Positions 51,047 through 60,163 are shown, numbered from the stretch's first letter. The stretch: DNA of 64,000 nucleotides from Akkermansiaceae bacterium UBA7890 (GCA_002501065.1 DLRK01000196.1:133048-197047), one strand, 5' to 3'. Program-made: numbers and translations. The notes: generated by a model from the letters alone, not told the origin.

Positions 51047-52987
51047 TTACCACTTCTTCAGCGGGCGCAACTTGATCTGGGTCCCGGAGGACTTGTTCAG
51101 TGGGCCGGGAGTGAAGAGGACCGCAAGGGTGAGCCTGCCGGATGCCGGGGCGACAGATTCGAAGGCGGTCATGCGGGTTCCGGTGTTGGGAGAGTCCCAG
51201 TCGTGCCGGGGTCGGGAGGTGTCGAGGACATGCCATGTGGCATTGGGACCTGCCGAAAGGATGCGGGCCCGGAGAAACTTTCCGGAGTGGCGCAGATCGA
51301 GGGAACGCTGTTTCAGTGAGCCCGGGATTGCCGGTGTGATCATGCCCCAGCGCACCCGACTCCCGGGCTTCAGGCCTCCCAGTTCATCCTGCAGGAGGAC
51401 TTCACCGGAGGGGAGCAGAGCAATGCCGCGGGCAACGGAAGTCGCCTGGCCGGCATAGACCGGAGTGAGATCCGCAATCGAGTAAGGAAAGGCGGCATCG
51501 TCCGAAAACCCTGCCATCCCGGCGTGGCCCTTGGCGACCTGGAGCTGATCATCGATGACGAGGGTGTTGTGTCCGTGATTCTGCTGCCGGAAGATGGTCC
51601 ACCGGTCAGAGTTCTGGGCACGATTCCAGAGATTCATGCCACGCGATTCGATCCCGTGGTAGCCCTCGGCTCCGAGATCGACCGCCCAGCGCACGCCATT
51701 GGCATCGAGCACGAAGGAGCCGATATCCATCTGCCCGTGGTTGGCGGAGGGTGAACCAGCCTTGAAGCCGACAAAGGTCGCGGCTGGATCGTCCCAGGAA
51801 CTGCGGTGTAACGCGATGGGCGTTTCCCCGCCGCTCTGCCAGTGAAGGGGTAGAGCACATTCGGGTTTGCCTGGTCCGGTTTTCATCCAGAGGAGAGCGA
51901 GCGGCAGAAAGCGGTCGAGATTGGAGGCGCCCCGGGAGGCTTCGGTCGTGGCCAGCAGTTCGCTCAGGCGCTGACGCTCACCCCGCAACCAGTCGAACCG
52001 GTTGAAGCGGGAGGCGAACCAGAACAGGATGGGGGAGGGATTGCGCGAGGAGCCTCCGTCGGCGTAGTTGAAGAAGAGATCGGAGGGACCGCCCGCCAGG
52101 GCAGGATATTGTCCGGTCATGCTGAACCCTGGCGCCATGGAAAGTCCATAGTCGGTCCCAAGGACGCTCTCGAGCACACCGATCAACATCACGTTGTAGC
52201 TCGTTCCGTAGGACCAGTAGGCGGGGCCTTCCGGGTAGCTTCCGCGGGGCGCGTAGACAGCCATGGAGCGCGTTACGTTACGCAGGGTGTTGTGAACAGT
52301 CTGGGCGGCGAGCTCGGGTTCGTCCTCAAGAACGGCAAGCGCACCCGCGGTGAGCCCGCCGTGGCAGACCTGTCCCCAGTTGTTGGCAGACCGGACCCAG
52401 CCCTTGTGGCGACTGTTGAAGGGGAGAGCGACTCCCTTTTCAACGATGGCTTTCCGGATCCGGGTTCGGCTCGCCTCGTCGATCTGGTCATGGAGCCAGT
52501 CATAACCGATCGCGAGAGCGAAGGTCATTTCAGCGACATCGAGGAAGTGGGAGGGGTTCCAGTCACGGAAGCGGGACACGGCCAGCATCTCGTCCGTGGC
52601 GCGCCTGGCGAAGGCGTTATTGCCGGTGAGTTGATAAGCCATCGCGAGAGTGACGACTCTCCTGACACAGCGTCTCGATTCGCCGAGAAGTCGCCGTCCG
52701 CGCAGTTTTCTCTCGATGGGAGGGACAGTCAGCAGGTGATCGGCATGAGCAATTACGGCATGGGCCAGCATCTGCCGCAACGGATCGTCGCTGAGTGATG
52801 TGCGCAGTGCGGCGAAGTCGTCCCGGGTCGCAAGGAGACGGGGATGCCCGGACGGGACCCTGCCGATTCCTTCGCGGATCTCAGGAAGGGTGGTGGTGGG
52901 CGGGTAGCGATACGTCTTTGGAGCAGCGACGGACCAGCCTGATACGATCACACATAGCGTGAAGGTGGCGAGATTACGGCAGGCCAT
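51047..52987 (-). CDS. Heparinase II/III-like (alginate-lyase-fold + Hepar_II_III) protein
   Basis: 646 aa, signal MACRNLATFTLCVIVSGWSVAA. Motifs: RDWNPSHFLDVAEMTFALAIGYDWL, GGLTAGALAV, SANHGQMDIGSFVLDANGVRWAVDLG, NHGHNTLVID. Confidence 0.75.
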   Translation of the reverse strand: MACRNLATFTLCVIVSGWSVAAPKTYRYPPTTTLPEIREGIGRVPSGHPRLLATRDDFAALRTSLSDDPLRQMLAHAVIAHADHLLTVPPIERKLRGRRLLGESRRCVRRVVTLAMAYQLTGNNAFARRATDEMLAVSRFRDWNPSHFLDVAEMTFALAIGYDWLHDQIDEASRTRIRKAIVEKGVALPFNSRHKGWVRSANNWGQVCHGGLTAGALAVLEDEPELAAQTVHNTLRNVTRSMAVYAPRGSYPEGPAYWSYGTSYNVMLIGVLESVLGTDYGLSMAPGFSMTGQYPALAGGPSDLFFNYADGGSSRNPSPILFWFASRFNRFDWLRGERQRLSELLATTEASRGASNLDRFLPLALLWMKTGPGKPECALPLHWQSGGETPIALHRSSWDDPAATFVGFKAGSPSANHGQMDIGSFVLDANGVRWAVDLGAEGYHGIESRGMNLWNRAQNSDRWTIFRQQNHGHNTLVIDDQLQVAKGHAGMAGFSDDAAFPYSIADLTPVYAGQATSVARGIALLPSGEVLLQDELGGLKPGSRVRWGMITPAIPGSLKQRSLDLRHSGKFLRARILSAGPNATWHVLDTSRPRHDWDSPNTGTRMTAFESVAPASGRLTLAVLFTPGPLNKSSGTQIKLRPLKKW

Positions 52988-53037
52988 ACAGTTGGCAGAC
53001 AGGGGATTGGTGTTCCGGAACCCACTGACGGTCAGCG

Positions 53038-54066
53038 TCAGGCCTCCCCGATGGCATCCACTTCTATCTCGAAGAGCAGGTCATCGCGGCAGACGTCGTT
53101 TTGCACGACTGCCACGGGAAGCTCCGTCACATCATGCTCTCTGCAAAAGCGGTCATAGGCAGGGAGATCTTCGAGATGCTTGAAGTAGGCGGCCCCGCGC
53201 GTGACGTCGGCCCAGTTCATTCCGCGCGACTCCAGGATGGCTTCCACGACTCTCATCGTCAGCGCGACCTGTTCATCCACATCCCCGACGTGGAGGGTCT
53301 CGCCGCTGGGGGCAATGCTGGCAGTGCCGGAGACGAGGAGGCGCCGGTGGTCGGGCATTGCGAGTTCAACCGCCCGGCTGAACGAGCTGCCGTATTCGAG
53401 GGCCGCACCCTGCAGAGGGGAAGGCACCGCCTCGATTATTACGTTTTCAGTCTTCGGCATGACGGCGGTAAGGCTGCAGGTGATCGCACTGCCGGACGAA
53501 TTGGAGGCACCCACCCCGGTGCTGGCCGGGACCAGGCCGTCGTAGATTCCCCGTGTGGTGAAAAACTGGTCGCGGATCTGATTGAGCTCGTCATACCAGT
53601 CAAGGATATCGTCGACGAAAAGCCAGGTGCGGACCACGTGGGAGAAGCTCATGCCGACCTGGTGCAGGGCGGATTCCATTCGTTCGAAGATCTGACGGGC
53701 CTGTTCTTCCCTGGAGAGACGGGAGTCCGGATGGATCTCCTTGAGTTGGCAGTAGCGGGCGTGGGCATCCTCATAGATTGTCCCCACAATGCGTCCTCCC
53801 AGCCAGACTGGTTCGACCGGTGTGCCCGATACGGTATGAACGTAGAGACCGGTCACCGGGCAGTCGGTGTGCGCCTCCCCAACGGAGACATTCAGCGGAC
53901 AGTCGTCGCAGTCGCAGCAATACCTCTGCTGCAAGGTGGCGGTCCCCTGCGTGTTGAGCAACCCAATCGAGTCCTTGCGTGCTACCTTTCCGTCACGATG
54001 GCGCAGATGGTCGTCCATCCTGTCGAACATCGCGGTCGGGTTATCCCCGCTGCGGCTCAGGAACAT
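53038..54066 (-). CDS. RidA/YjgF-fold protein, possibly FkbO/Hyg5-type chorismatase-like; start uncertain
   Basis: The track ORF (429 aa) starts at TTG 54327 and would overlap the upstream gene by 137 nt. ATG 54066 gives 342 aa. The C-terminal RidA-like domain reads LLVSGTASIAPSGETLHVGDVDEQVALTMRVVEAIL ... DLLFEIEVDA. An upstream half (HVVRTWLFVDDILDWYDELNQIRDQFF) suggests the two-domain chorismatase arrangement. It also has an unusual Cys cluster, RYCCDCDDCP. Confidence 0.5.
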   Translation of the reverse strand: MFLSRSGDNPTAMFDRMDDHLRHRDGKVARKDSIGLLNTQGTATLQQRYCCDCDDCPLNVSVGEAHTDCPVTGLYVHTVSGTPVEPVWLGGRIVGTIYEDAHARYCQLKEIHPDSRLSREEQARQIFERMESALHQVGMSFSHVVRTWLFVDDILDWYDELNQIRDQFFTTRGIYDGLVPASTGVGASNSSGSAITCSLTAVMPKTENVIIEAVPSPLQGAALEYGSSFSRAVELAMPDHRRLLVSGTASIAPSGETLHVGDVDEQVALTMRVVEAILESRGMNWADVTRGAAYFKHLEDLPAYDRFCREHDVTELPVAVVQNDVCRDDLLFEIEVDAIGEA

Positions 54067-54190
54067 CAAGAACGACTCACTGCATCCAGTCCGGCAGATT
54101 TCCCGCCGGAACTGGTTGGCGTTGCTTGGCTCGGTGCTTGGTTCGATCGTGGAGATGGTCTTCACGGTTGAGGAGGAAGCAGTTTCAAGG

Positions 54191-55552
54191 TTAAATGGGG
54201 TTGCCCTGTCCGGGATTGGGAATGGGATACTGGTTGTCTGCATCGGGTCGGACCGGGGCGTCGGAAGCCCAGGTGCAGGCATCGAGCCCGGGCGCCAGTT
54301 CGTGATCCGAGGCGAGGGCTTCTTCAAATGTCACTTCCCGGCCGGACTCCGCGGCCATCCGACCCATGATGGCGGTCATGGCGGCCCTGGCACAGCGGTC
54401 GGTTTCGTTGTAGGGATTGTTCTGGCGAATCGCCTCGAAGAAGAGGTCGTGCTCATGTTGGTAGGCATTCTTGGCCGTCCCCTTGTGCCGCCAGATCACG
54501 TTCTCGACCTTCTCGTCGTGTCCACGGCAGATACGGGGTTTCGAGACGCCCTCGCCGAGGGTGGCGCTACCGGTCGTTCCGTGAATTACGTCTCCAAAGT
54601 GGTTCCAGGTGTTGGGGATGTGGCGTCCCTGGGCGAACATGCGGGTGCCGTCCGCAAAGCGGTATTCGACCGCGAAGTGGTCATACATCTGGTCCGGCTG
54701 GGAGCGAACCTGCCGACCTCCCTGGCCCTGCGCGGAGACCGGCCAGGCATTCTTGACCCAGCAGCACACGTCGATGTTGTGAATCAGCCAGTCCACAATG
54801 AAGCTGCCGTTCAGCCAGGTGAAGTTGCTGTAGTTGGCGATCTGGTGGGCAAGTTCGCTCATCCCGGATTGCTTCGGTTTGAAGCCGACCGGTCCATGCT
54901 CGCGGTAGGCCCAGCACGTGATGATGTCGCCGATGGCGCCATCGTGAATGCGGCGAATCGCTTCTTCCAGCGGCGGGGAGTGACGGCTCATCAGTCCGCC
55001 TGCGATCTTCAGGTTCTTCCTGTCAGCTGCTTCGCCGGCCCGCAGGACCCGCCGGATACCAGGCCCGTCCACCGCAAACGACTTTTCCATGAACACGTTA
55101 CACCCGTGATTGACCGCATATTCGAGGTGAATGGGCCGGAAGGCCGGGGGAGTGGTCAGAAGCACCACGTCCGCCTCGCCCAGCAGGTCGATGGCCGACT
55201 GGTAGGCGTCCATCCCAAGGAAACGGCGCTCCGGTGGAACCTCGACCTGCTTGGGGAACTGTGCGCTGATGGACTTGAGGCTGCTTTCAAGGCGGTGTTC
55301 GAAGACATCCGCCACCGCCCAGAGTTTGGTTGGTCCGCTGGTCTTTAGCGCATTGAAGGCGGCACCGGTACCACGTCCCCCACAACCAACGAGGGCGACC
55401 TTGATCGTATCGTCACCTGGGGAAGCCCCTTGAGCAAATCCTGGCGCCGTGGCGGCACCCATCAGACCCGCCGCCGCAGCACTCTTCCCGGTGTTTTTGA
55501 GGAACGTTCTGCGGGATGGATCGGTCTCAATGACAGTATTAGTTGGTTTCAT
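54191..55552 (-). CDS. Gfo/Idh/MocA family oxidoreductase with twin-arginine signal
   Basis: ATG 55552 gives MKPTNTVIETDPSRRTFLKNTGKSAAAAGLMGAATAPGFA (Tat). Rossmann motif IKVALVGCGGRGTGA. FIVDWLIHNIDVCCW parallels the gene at 11102..12442. Confidence 0.85.
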   Translation of the reverse strand: MKPTNTVIETDPSRRTFLKNTGKSAAAAGLMGAATAPGFAQGASPGDDTIKVALVGCGGRGTGAAFNALKTSGPTKLWAVADVFEHRLESSLKSISAQFPKQVEVPPERRFLGMDAYQSAIDLLGEADVVLLTTPPAFRPIHLEYAVNHGCNVFMEKSFAVDGPGIRRVLRAGEAADRKNLKIAGGLMSRHSPPLEEAIRRIHDGAIGDIITCWAYREHGPVGFKPKQSGMSELAHQIANYSNFTWLNGSFIVDWLIHNIDVCCWVKNAWPVSAQGQGGRQVRSQPDQMYDHFAVEYRFADGTRMFAQGRHIPNTWNHFGDVIHGTTGSATLGEGVSKPRICRGHDEKVENVIWRHKGTAKNAYQHEHDLFFEAIRQNNPYNETDRCARAAMTAIMGRMAAESGREVTFEEALASDHELAPGLDACTWASDAPVRPDADNQYPIPNPGQGNPI

Positions 55553-55598
55553 CAGAGCTTCTTTTTGTTCGTTGAGGCAAACAGGTTGCGGGTGGCAG

Positions 55599-58085
55599 TC
55601 ACAGTTGGTTCGGCCGGTACCACAGAGATTTCCAGTAGGCCTGGTCGAGGGCGTAGGGATCGAGGAAGGACTTTTCGCTTTGATTCGCGGGCAGGATTCC
55701 ATAGCGCTTCATTTCCCTCAGATAGTCATCACGCGGACGGAACCCCGGCATGTCGAAGCGCTTGATGGTCTCGAGGTGAAACTTCGCGGCGCGCACGACC
55801 GCGAGCAGTTTCTGGTAATCGGGGTCTTCCGTGTCCGTGAACACCGAAGCGACCTGGCCCTTTGCCTCGCCCTCCCTCACCCTGCAGAGGCCCAGTCCCC
55901 CGGCCTCCTTTGCGAGAGGCGCGAGGATGAGAGGAGATTTCTGCGGGCGAGTCAGATTGTAGACGATATGGCGGGAGAGGCGCAGTTTGAGATCGTCTTC
56001 CTGAAGCGCCCAGGGCGGAAAGCGATCCACGGAGGGAGTTTCGGGCAATGCCGTGGGTCCGGAGTGGCACTGCTGGCAGCGCCGGTTGATTGCGGCCCGG
56101 CCGTCGCCCACGGCGGGCCAGGAGAAGTCCGCATGATTGCTCCTGTTTTCTTCGTAGCCTCCGATCATGCCAGTCCCAAGAGCGGCATAGGTGCCGGGGT
56201 AGGGGGCGCCGGTGTCGATCCAGAGGGCGAGCATCCTGCGCTCATGCTCGCTGACCTTGGCGCCATAGTGGCTGCCGTCAGACTTCTGGATCAAGGGGCT
56301 GGCAGAGGATCCGATCGTGCGGGGCGCGTAGTTGCTTCGGGGCCGGTTGCGGCCGTCCACGAATTGTCTTCGCACCGTCAGAATGTAGTAGCTGTGGGAG
56401 TAGAGCGGACCCCGGTCACCGGTGAGGATCACGTCGCCTGCCCGGGGACCGCCGTGCTCTGTCGCTTCGTAGTCGTGACAGGCCACGCAGTGCCTATCGA
56501 GAATCGGCTGGATGTCCCGTGGGAAATCGAAAACGTCAGGCGTTCCGGGGATAGGCTTGATCCGGCTTGCCGGGCGCCGCAGGGCGGCCAGATCGGGAAT
56601 GGGGAGGGGAGTGCGTGTGCGTTGTTCATGACATCCGACGCAACTGGTGACCTCGCCCGGCTGCACGGTAGTGAAGCTCTGCATGCGCTTGACCGACAGG
56701 CCGTCTTTGTCCCGTGCCACGAACAGGACACTGCGAAGGGCGGGCAGTTCCAGGTAGGCCGAGCCGTCTGGCTCGACCGGGACGGAGCCGAGAACCCGCT
56801 GCAGAGTGAAGGTGCCACCGTAACTGAGTGGCTCCATGCCACCGGTGTAGTTGATCGGCTTGGGCAGCGTTTCCAGGACCAGCAGGTCCTTGATCTCACC
56901 GCGCTCGATTCCGCTCATGTTGCGGCCCTCGTAGATATCGGCGAGGATGAGGCGGCCGGTGTCCTGTTGAGGTTCCGCCCTGGATGGAATCACGTGCTCG
57001 CGCTCACGGGGCCGGATCGGCCGCGGTTCGTGACACTGCAGTCCAGCCGCCCGGTCGGATTCGGGCAGTTGATAGATGGTCCGCACCTGTCCGTCTCCAT
57101 CCATCACCATCAACTCCGTTCCCCGTGCCACGAGGAAGTGATCCGGCTCGAGAGCGTATGGATCGCGAAAGTTGTTGTCCTTGTTGAGTATCCGGGCCGA
57201 GGGGAGATGATCCGGTCCCATCCCCGGATCCACAATTGCGACGGCCCCATTGTGTTCACGGCGACCGTGCGAGGGAGAGAAGATTGCCACCACCGTGTTC
57301 CCTCCCGGGATCGGTTTGGCGTCGATCATGACAATGCCGGGATGCTGGTTGCCGTAGAACACCATCTGTCCGGTCCCGTCCGGATTGGCAGTCCAGAGAT
57401 GGTGGTAATGCACCTGGCTGCGATCGATGTATTCCCAGCGCTGATAGAGGATGCGCCCGTCGGGCAGAACCCATGGCGTGTTGTCGTGCTCGTTGTTGCT
57501 GGAAATCATGCGGATGTTTCCGCCTTTGGCATCGCAGCGGTAGAGCACCGCGACCTGAGTCAGCCAGCAGTTCACCCAGCGGTTGCAGCGGCTCGAACAG
57601 AACATGATCCCGCCATCCGGCAGGTAAGTGGGTTCGATGTCGTCGCAATCGCCGTCTGTGAGTTGCTTCAGTCCGGTGCCGTTGATGCCGATCTCGTAGA
57701 GATGGAAGTGAGTGGAGCTGCCCTTGCGGTAGGCGAAGAGAATCTTCTTCCCGTTGTAGTGAACCTGAGGATCACGGATGCTTCCCTTCCCGTCCTCCAG
57801 CAGAACGGTGAGCGTCCCGGTCCGGGGGTCGAGGCGGCAGAGTTTGCCTCCCCCGTCGGAGTAGGCCATCCGGTCCGTGTCCGCTGCATAATAGCTGAAA
57901 TTCGCGTACCAGTGTCCATCCTTGCCCGGCTTGCGTACCGCGAAGACGAGATCGTCCGTAATTCCGGACCCGGGTGATTCAGTTCCCTGGAGACTGCCGC
58001 CCAGGAGAGGGAGAAACAGAACCAGAAACAATCCGAGCCATCCTGGACCAGGTTTTGTTTCTGCCACTCTATTACTCCTGATCAT
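55599..58085 (-). CDS. HzsA-related beta-propeller c-type cytochrome, paralogue 8 (short type, 3 CxxCH)
   Basis: 828 aa with a signal-like N-terminus (WLGLFLVLFLPLLGGSLQG). Blades: FHLYEIGINGTGLKQLTDGDCDDIEPTYLPDGGIMFCSSR, LPDGRILYQRWEYIDRSQVHYHHLWTANPDGTG. Haem block: GSVPVEPDGSAYLELPALRSVLFVARDKDGLSVKRMQSFTTVQPGEVTSCVGCHEQ. Additional modules: IQPILDRHCVACHD, RCQQCHSG. It is closest in layout to paralogue 2. Confidence 0.85.
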   Translation of the reverse strand: MIRSNRVAETKPGPGWLGLFLVLFLPLLGGSLQGTESPGSGITDDLVFAVRKPGKDGHWYANFSYYAADTDRMAYSDGGGKLCRLDPRTGTLTVLLEDGKGSIRDPQVHYNGKKILFAYRKGSSTHFHLYEIGINGTGLKQLTDGDCDDIEPTYLPDGGIMFCSSRCNRWVNCWLTQVAVLYRCDAKGGNIRMISSNNEHDNTPWVLPDGRILYQRWEYIDRSQVHYHHLWTANPDGTGQMVFYGNQHPGIVMIDAKPIPGGNTVVAIFSPSHGRREHNGAVAIVDPGMGPDHLPSARILNKDNNFRDPYALEPDHFLVARGTELMVMDGDGQVRTIYQLPESDRAAGLQCHEPRPIRPREREHVIPSRAEPQQDTGRLILADIYEGRNMSGIERGEIKDLLVLETLPKPINYTGGMEPLSYGGTFTLQRVLGSVPVEPDGSAYLELPALRSVLFVARDKDGLSVKRMQSFTTVQPGEVTSCVGCHEQRTRTPLPIPDLAALRRPASRIKPIPGTPDVFDFPRDIQPILDRHCVACHDYEATEHGGPRAGDVILTGDRGPLYSHSYYILTVRRQFVDGRNRPRSNYAPRTIGSSASPLIQKSDGSHYGAKVSEHERRMLALWIDTGAPYPGTYAALGTGMIGGYEENRSNHADFSWPAVGDGRAAINRRCQQCHSGPTALPETPSVDRFPPWALQEDDLKLRLSRHIVYNLTRPQKSPLILAPLAKEAGGLGLCRVREGEAKGQVASVFTDTEDPDYQKLLAVVRAAKFHLETIKRFDMPGFRPRDDYLREMKRYGILPANQSEKSFLDPYALDQAYWKSLWYRPNQL

Positions 58086-58146
58086 GCTGCCGGGGCTTCT
58101 TGATTGGTTTATCCAGGAAGCCCGTTGGGGTGGTCGATTTCCGGTT

Positions 58147-59967
58147 TCAGAGTGACTCGACGAACTCGATGAGATCGGTGATCTCCTCCGGGGTAAGATC
58201 GGTGGTCACGCCATGTTCGTCGTCAGCGTTGAACGTCGTGACCACGTCACGAATCGAAGTGGCGCGTCCATCATGCAGGTAGGGGCCGTTGCGCCAGATT
58301 TCGATCAGGGTCGGCACGTCATATTTCATGTTCTTTTCCAGGTTCACCCCCGTGCCGATATCGTAGCGCTTCATGTTGGTGTAGAGGGGAGGCTTGTGAC
58401 AAAGGGCGCAGTTGGCCTTCTCAAAGACCTTTTTTCCCCGTAGCGCCGCCGGGCTGAGTTGCCCCTTCACGAGACGGGGGCTGGGCACCTGTTTGAGCGA
58501 CTTCAGGTATTCGTCGATGGCCACTGCGTCACTCTCAGGACGCACCGCCATGAAGAATCGGATTCCAGCCCGGACAGAGATCTCGGCATTGGCGCGCACC
58601 GCGGTCGCAGTAGTGGGCGGTGTCTGGTGGGCCAAAACGAGGCTCTTGGTGTTCTTCGGGGTTCCCAGGCCATCGTTGAGGAGATCCCAGTTGAGCGCAT
58701 CGGTGCGGTCACTGGGATGGCAGCTGACGCAACTCTGCCACTGCTGAAAACACCACGAGGCGTCCTTGAAGAGAAACTCGCCGCGCCGGACCACGGTCAT
58801 GGGCGGGACTTCACCAAGAGCGACCGAAGTTGAGCGAGGGTCACGCTGCGTGTCGAGATCGATGATGCCGATGCTGTCGGAGAAATACTCGGCAGTGTAG
58901 AGTTTCGAACCCACCATCACCAGTTCCCGAGGGCCGAGGCCGGAGAGTTTTACACGCTGCCGTAATCCCACCATGAAGCTCAGATCGTTCGGAATGTTCT
59001 CCGGGGGGTCCGTGGCCAGCTTTTCATGCAGCGCCACGCGATCAATGATGCTCACTTCATGGCTCCCGGAATGAGTCACGGCGAGAACCTTGCCGTCGCT
59101 CGTGCAGGCCACGCCCCATGGGTTGGCTGCTCCCCGGTCGACATTGTCCAGCAACACCGCGTTGACCAGTTTCAGATTGACCGCATCGATGACACTCAGG
59201 GCGTTGGTGTTCACCCATCCGCGCTCCAGTTGAGTGGCGGGCACGTGATAGCGACCAATCGTATGAGTGGCATACACGTGGTTGCCGTCGGGAGACAGGC
59301 ACAGGCCGTTCACTCCGGTAGATCCGTTGTGGAGCGGGATCGAGGTGAGCAGTTTCTTGGCCTTGGTATCGATCACGCTCAACTCCGCGGCCGCGAATGC
59401 TCCGTTGGCGGGGCCAGCCGGTATGTGATTGGCGACGAAGAGACGCTGGCCGTCCGGGCTGAGAACCGCTGCCACGGGCTCTCGCGCCACCGGAACAGAC
59501 GCCAGTTCTTTCCCGGAGCCCAGATCGATGAATGCGACGCGATTGTTGAAGCGATTACACACATACAGGATCCCGCCCTCCGGACTGATCGCCAGCGCAC
59601 TGGGGGTGTGTCCCACCGGAATGATGTTGACGATCTTGCCGCTGGCAGTGTTCACCACCGCGATCCGGCCCTCCGGTTCCCCGAGGGCGACGTAAAGCCG
59701 GGAAGCATCCGGGCTCAAAACGAGGTCGGCAGGGGTTCCTGGCACCGGGATTGTCCTTTTGACACTTCCGGTCTCAAGGTCGAATGCGGCCACTTGCTGT
59801 GTCGTGGTCTGCGCGATGTAAAGCGCCACTCCTCCACTGTCGGCACAGAGTGCGGAAGGCGAACGATAGGTCGCGTCCTCCGCTGCTCCTGCCAGCAGCA
59901 ATCCCGTCGCCAACCAGACCGACACGATTCCCCGGGTGATTCCGCTCGTCCTCTTCGCTTGTTTCAT
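58147..59967 (-). CDS. YVTN/YncE-type beta-propeller fused to a di-haem cytochrome c peroxidase/MauG-like domain
   Basis: ATG 59967 gives MKQAKRTSGITRGIVSVWLATGLLLAGAAEDA; in-frame ATGs at 59973 and 59982 are also possible. Propeller repeats: LYVALGEPEGRIAVVN, HTPSALAISPEGGILYVCNRFNNRVAFIDL, EPVAAVLSPDGQRLFVANH. CCP-like half: SCVSCHPSD ... NCALCHKPPLY ... NGPYLHDGRATSIRDVV. Confidence 0.8.
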   Translation of the reverse strand: MKQAKRTSGITRGIVSVWLATGLLLAGAAEDATYRSPSALCADSGGVALYIAQTTTQQVAAFDLETGSVKRTIPVPGTPADLVLSPDASRLYVALGEPEGRIAVVNTASGKIVNIIPVGHTPSALAISPEGGILYVCNRFNNRVAFIDLGSGKELASVPVAREPVAAVLSPDGQRLFVANHIPAGPANGAFAAAELSVIDTKAKKLLTSIPLHNGSTGVNGLCLSPDGNHVYATHTIGRYHVPATQLERGWVNTNALSVIDAVNLKLVNAVLLDNVDRGAANPWGVACTSDGKVLAVTHSGSHEVSIIDRVALHEKLATDPPENIPNDLSFMVGLRQRVKLSGLGPRELVMVGSKLYTAEYFSDSIGIIDLDTQRDPRSTSVALGEVPPMTVVRRGEFLFKDASWCFQQWQSCVSCHPSDRTDALNWDLLNDGLGTPKNTKSLVLAHQTPPTTATAVRANAEISVRAGIRFFMAVRPESDAVAIDEYLKSLKQVPSPRLVKGQLSPAALRGKKVFEKANCALCHKPPLYTNMKRYDIGTGVNLEKNMKYDVPTLIEIWRNGPYLHDGRATSIRDVVTTFNADDEHGVTTDLTPEEITDLIEFVESL

Positions 59968-60163
59968 AAACATGATTAACATGAATAGGATTACCGCCAC
60001 CAGCGTCATTAGCGTTGGAAGCGTACACTTCGCTATAAGAAAAACAGAAAGGCTCTTTATCCGTGAGACTCGACTAATTGACCTCAAGTTGTTCTGGGTC
60101 AAAACACCGCCAGGTGAGGGGAGGATCAAGATCTGCTGAACCGGGGTTAAAAGTTCCCAGACC

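Noticed and set aside
51072-51085. TTGATctggGTCCC near the 3' end of the heparinase-like gene
   Set aside because: Only one half-site matches (GTCCC against RTCAA), and it lies in coding sequence. It is not counted as a box.
9506-52987. A Bacteroidetes-style polysaccharide utilisation locus
   Set aside because: No SusC/SusD-like or TonB-dependent receptor genes and no hybrid two-component or ECF regulator are present. CAZyme/sulfatase genes are few (sulfatase, GH32, heparinase-like, BNR_4-like) compared with the redox genes.
55449-57977. 842-aa plus-strand ORF opposite paralogue 8. Similar long antisense ORFs include 20623..22239, 26988..28370, 24066..25127, 15818..16870, 8219..9274 and 60177..61625.
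   Set aside because: All lie fully inside well-supported genes on the other strand. They have Arg/Gly/Ala/Pro-rich, motif-free translations and no signal or domain signatures. They are high-GC stop-codon-poor shadows.
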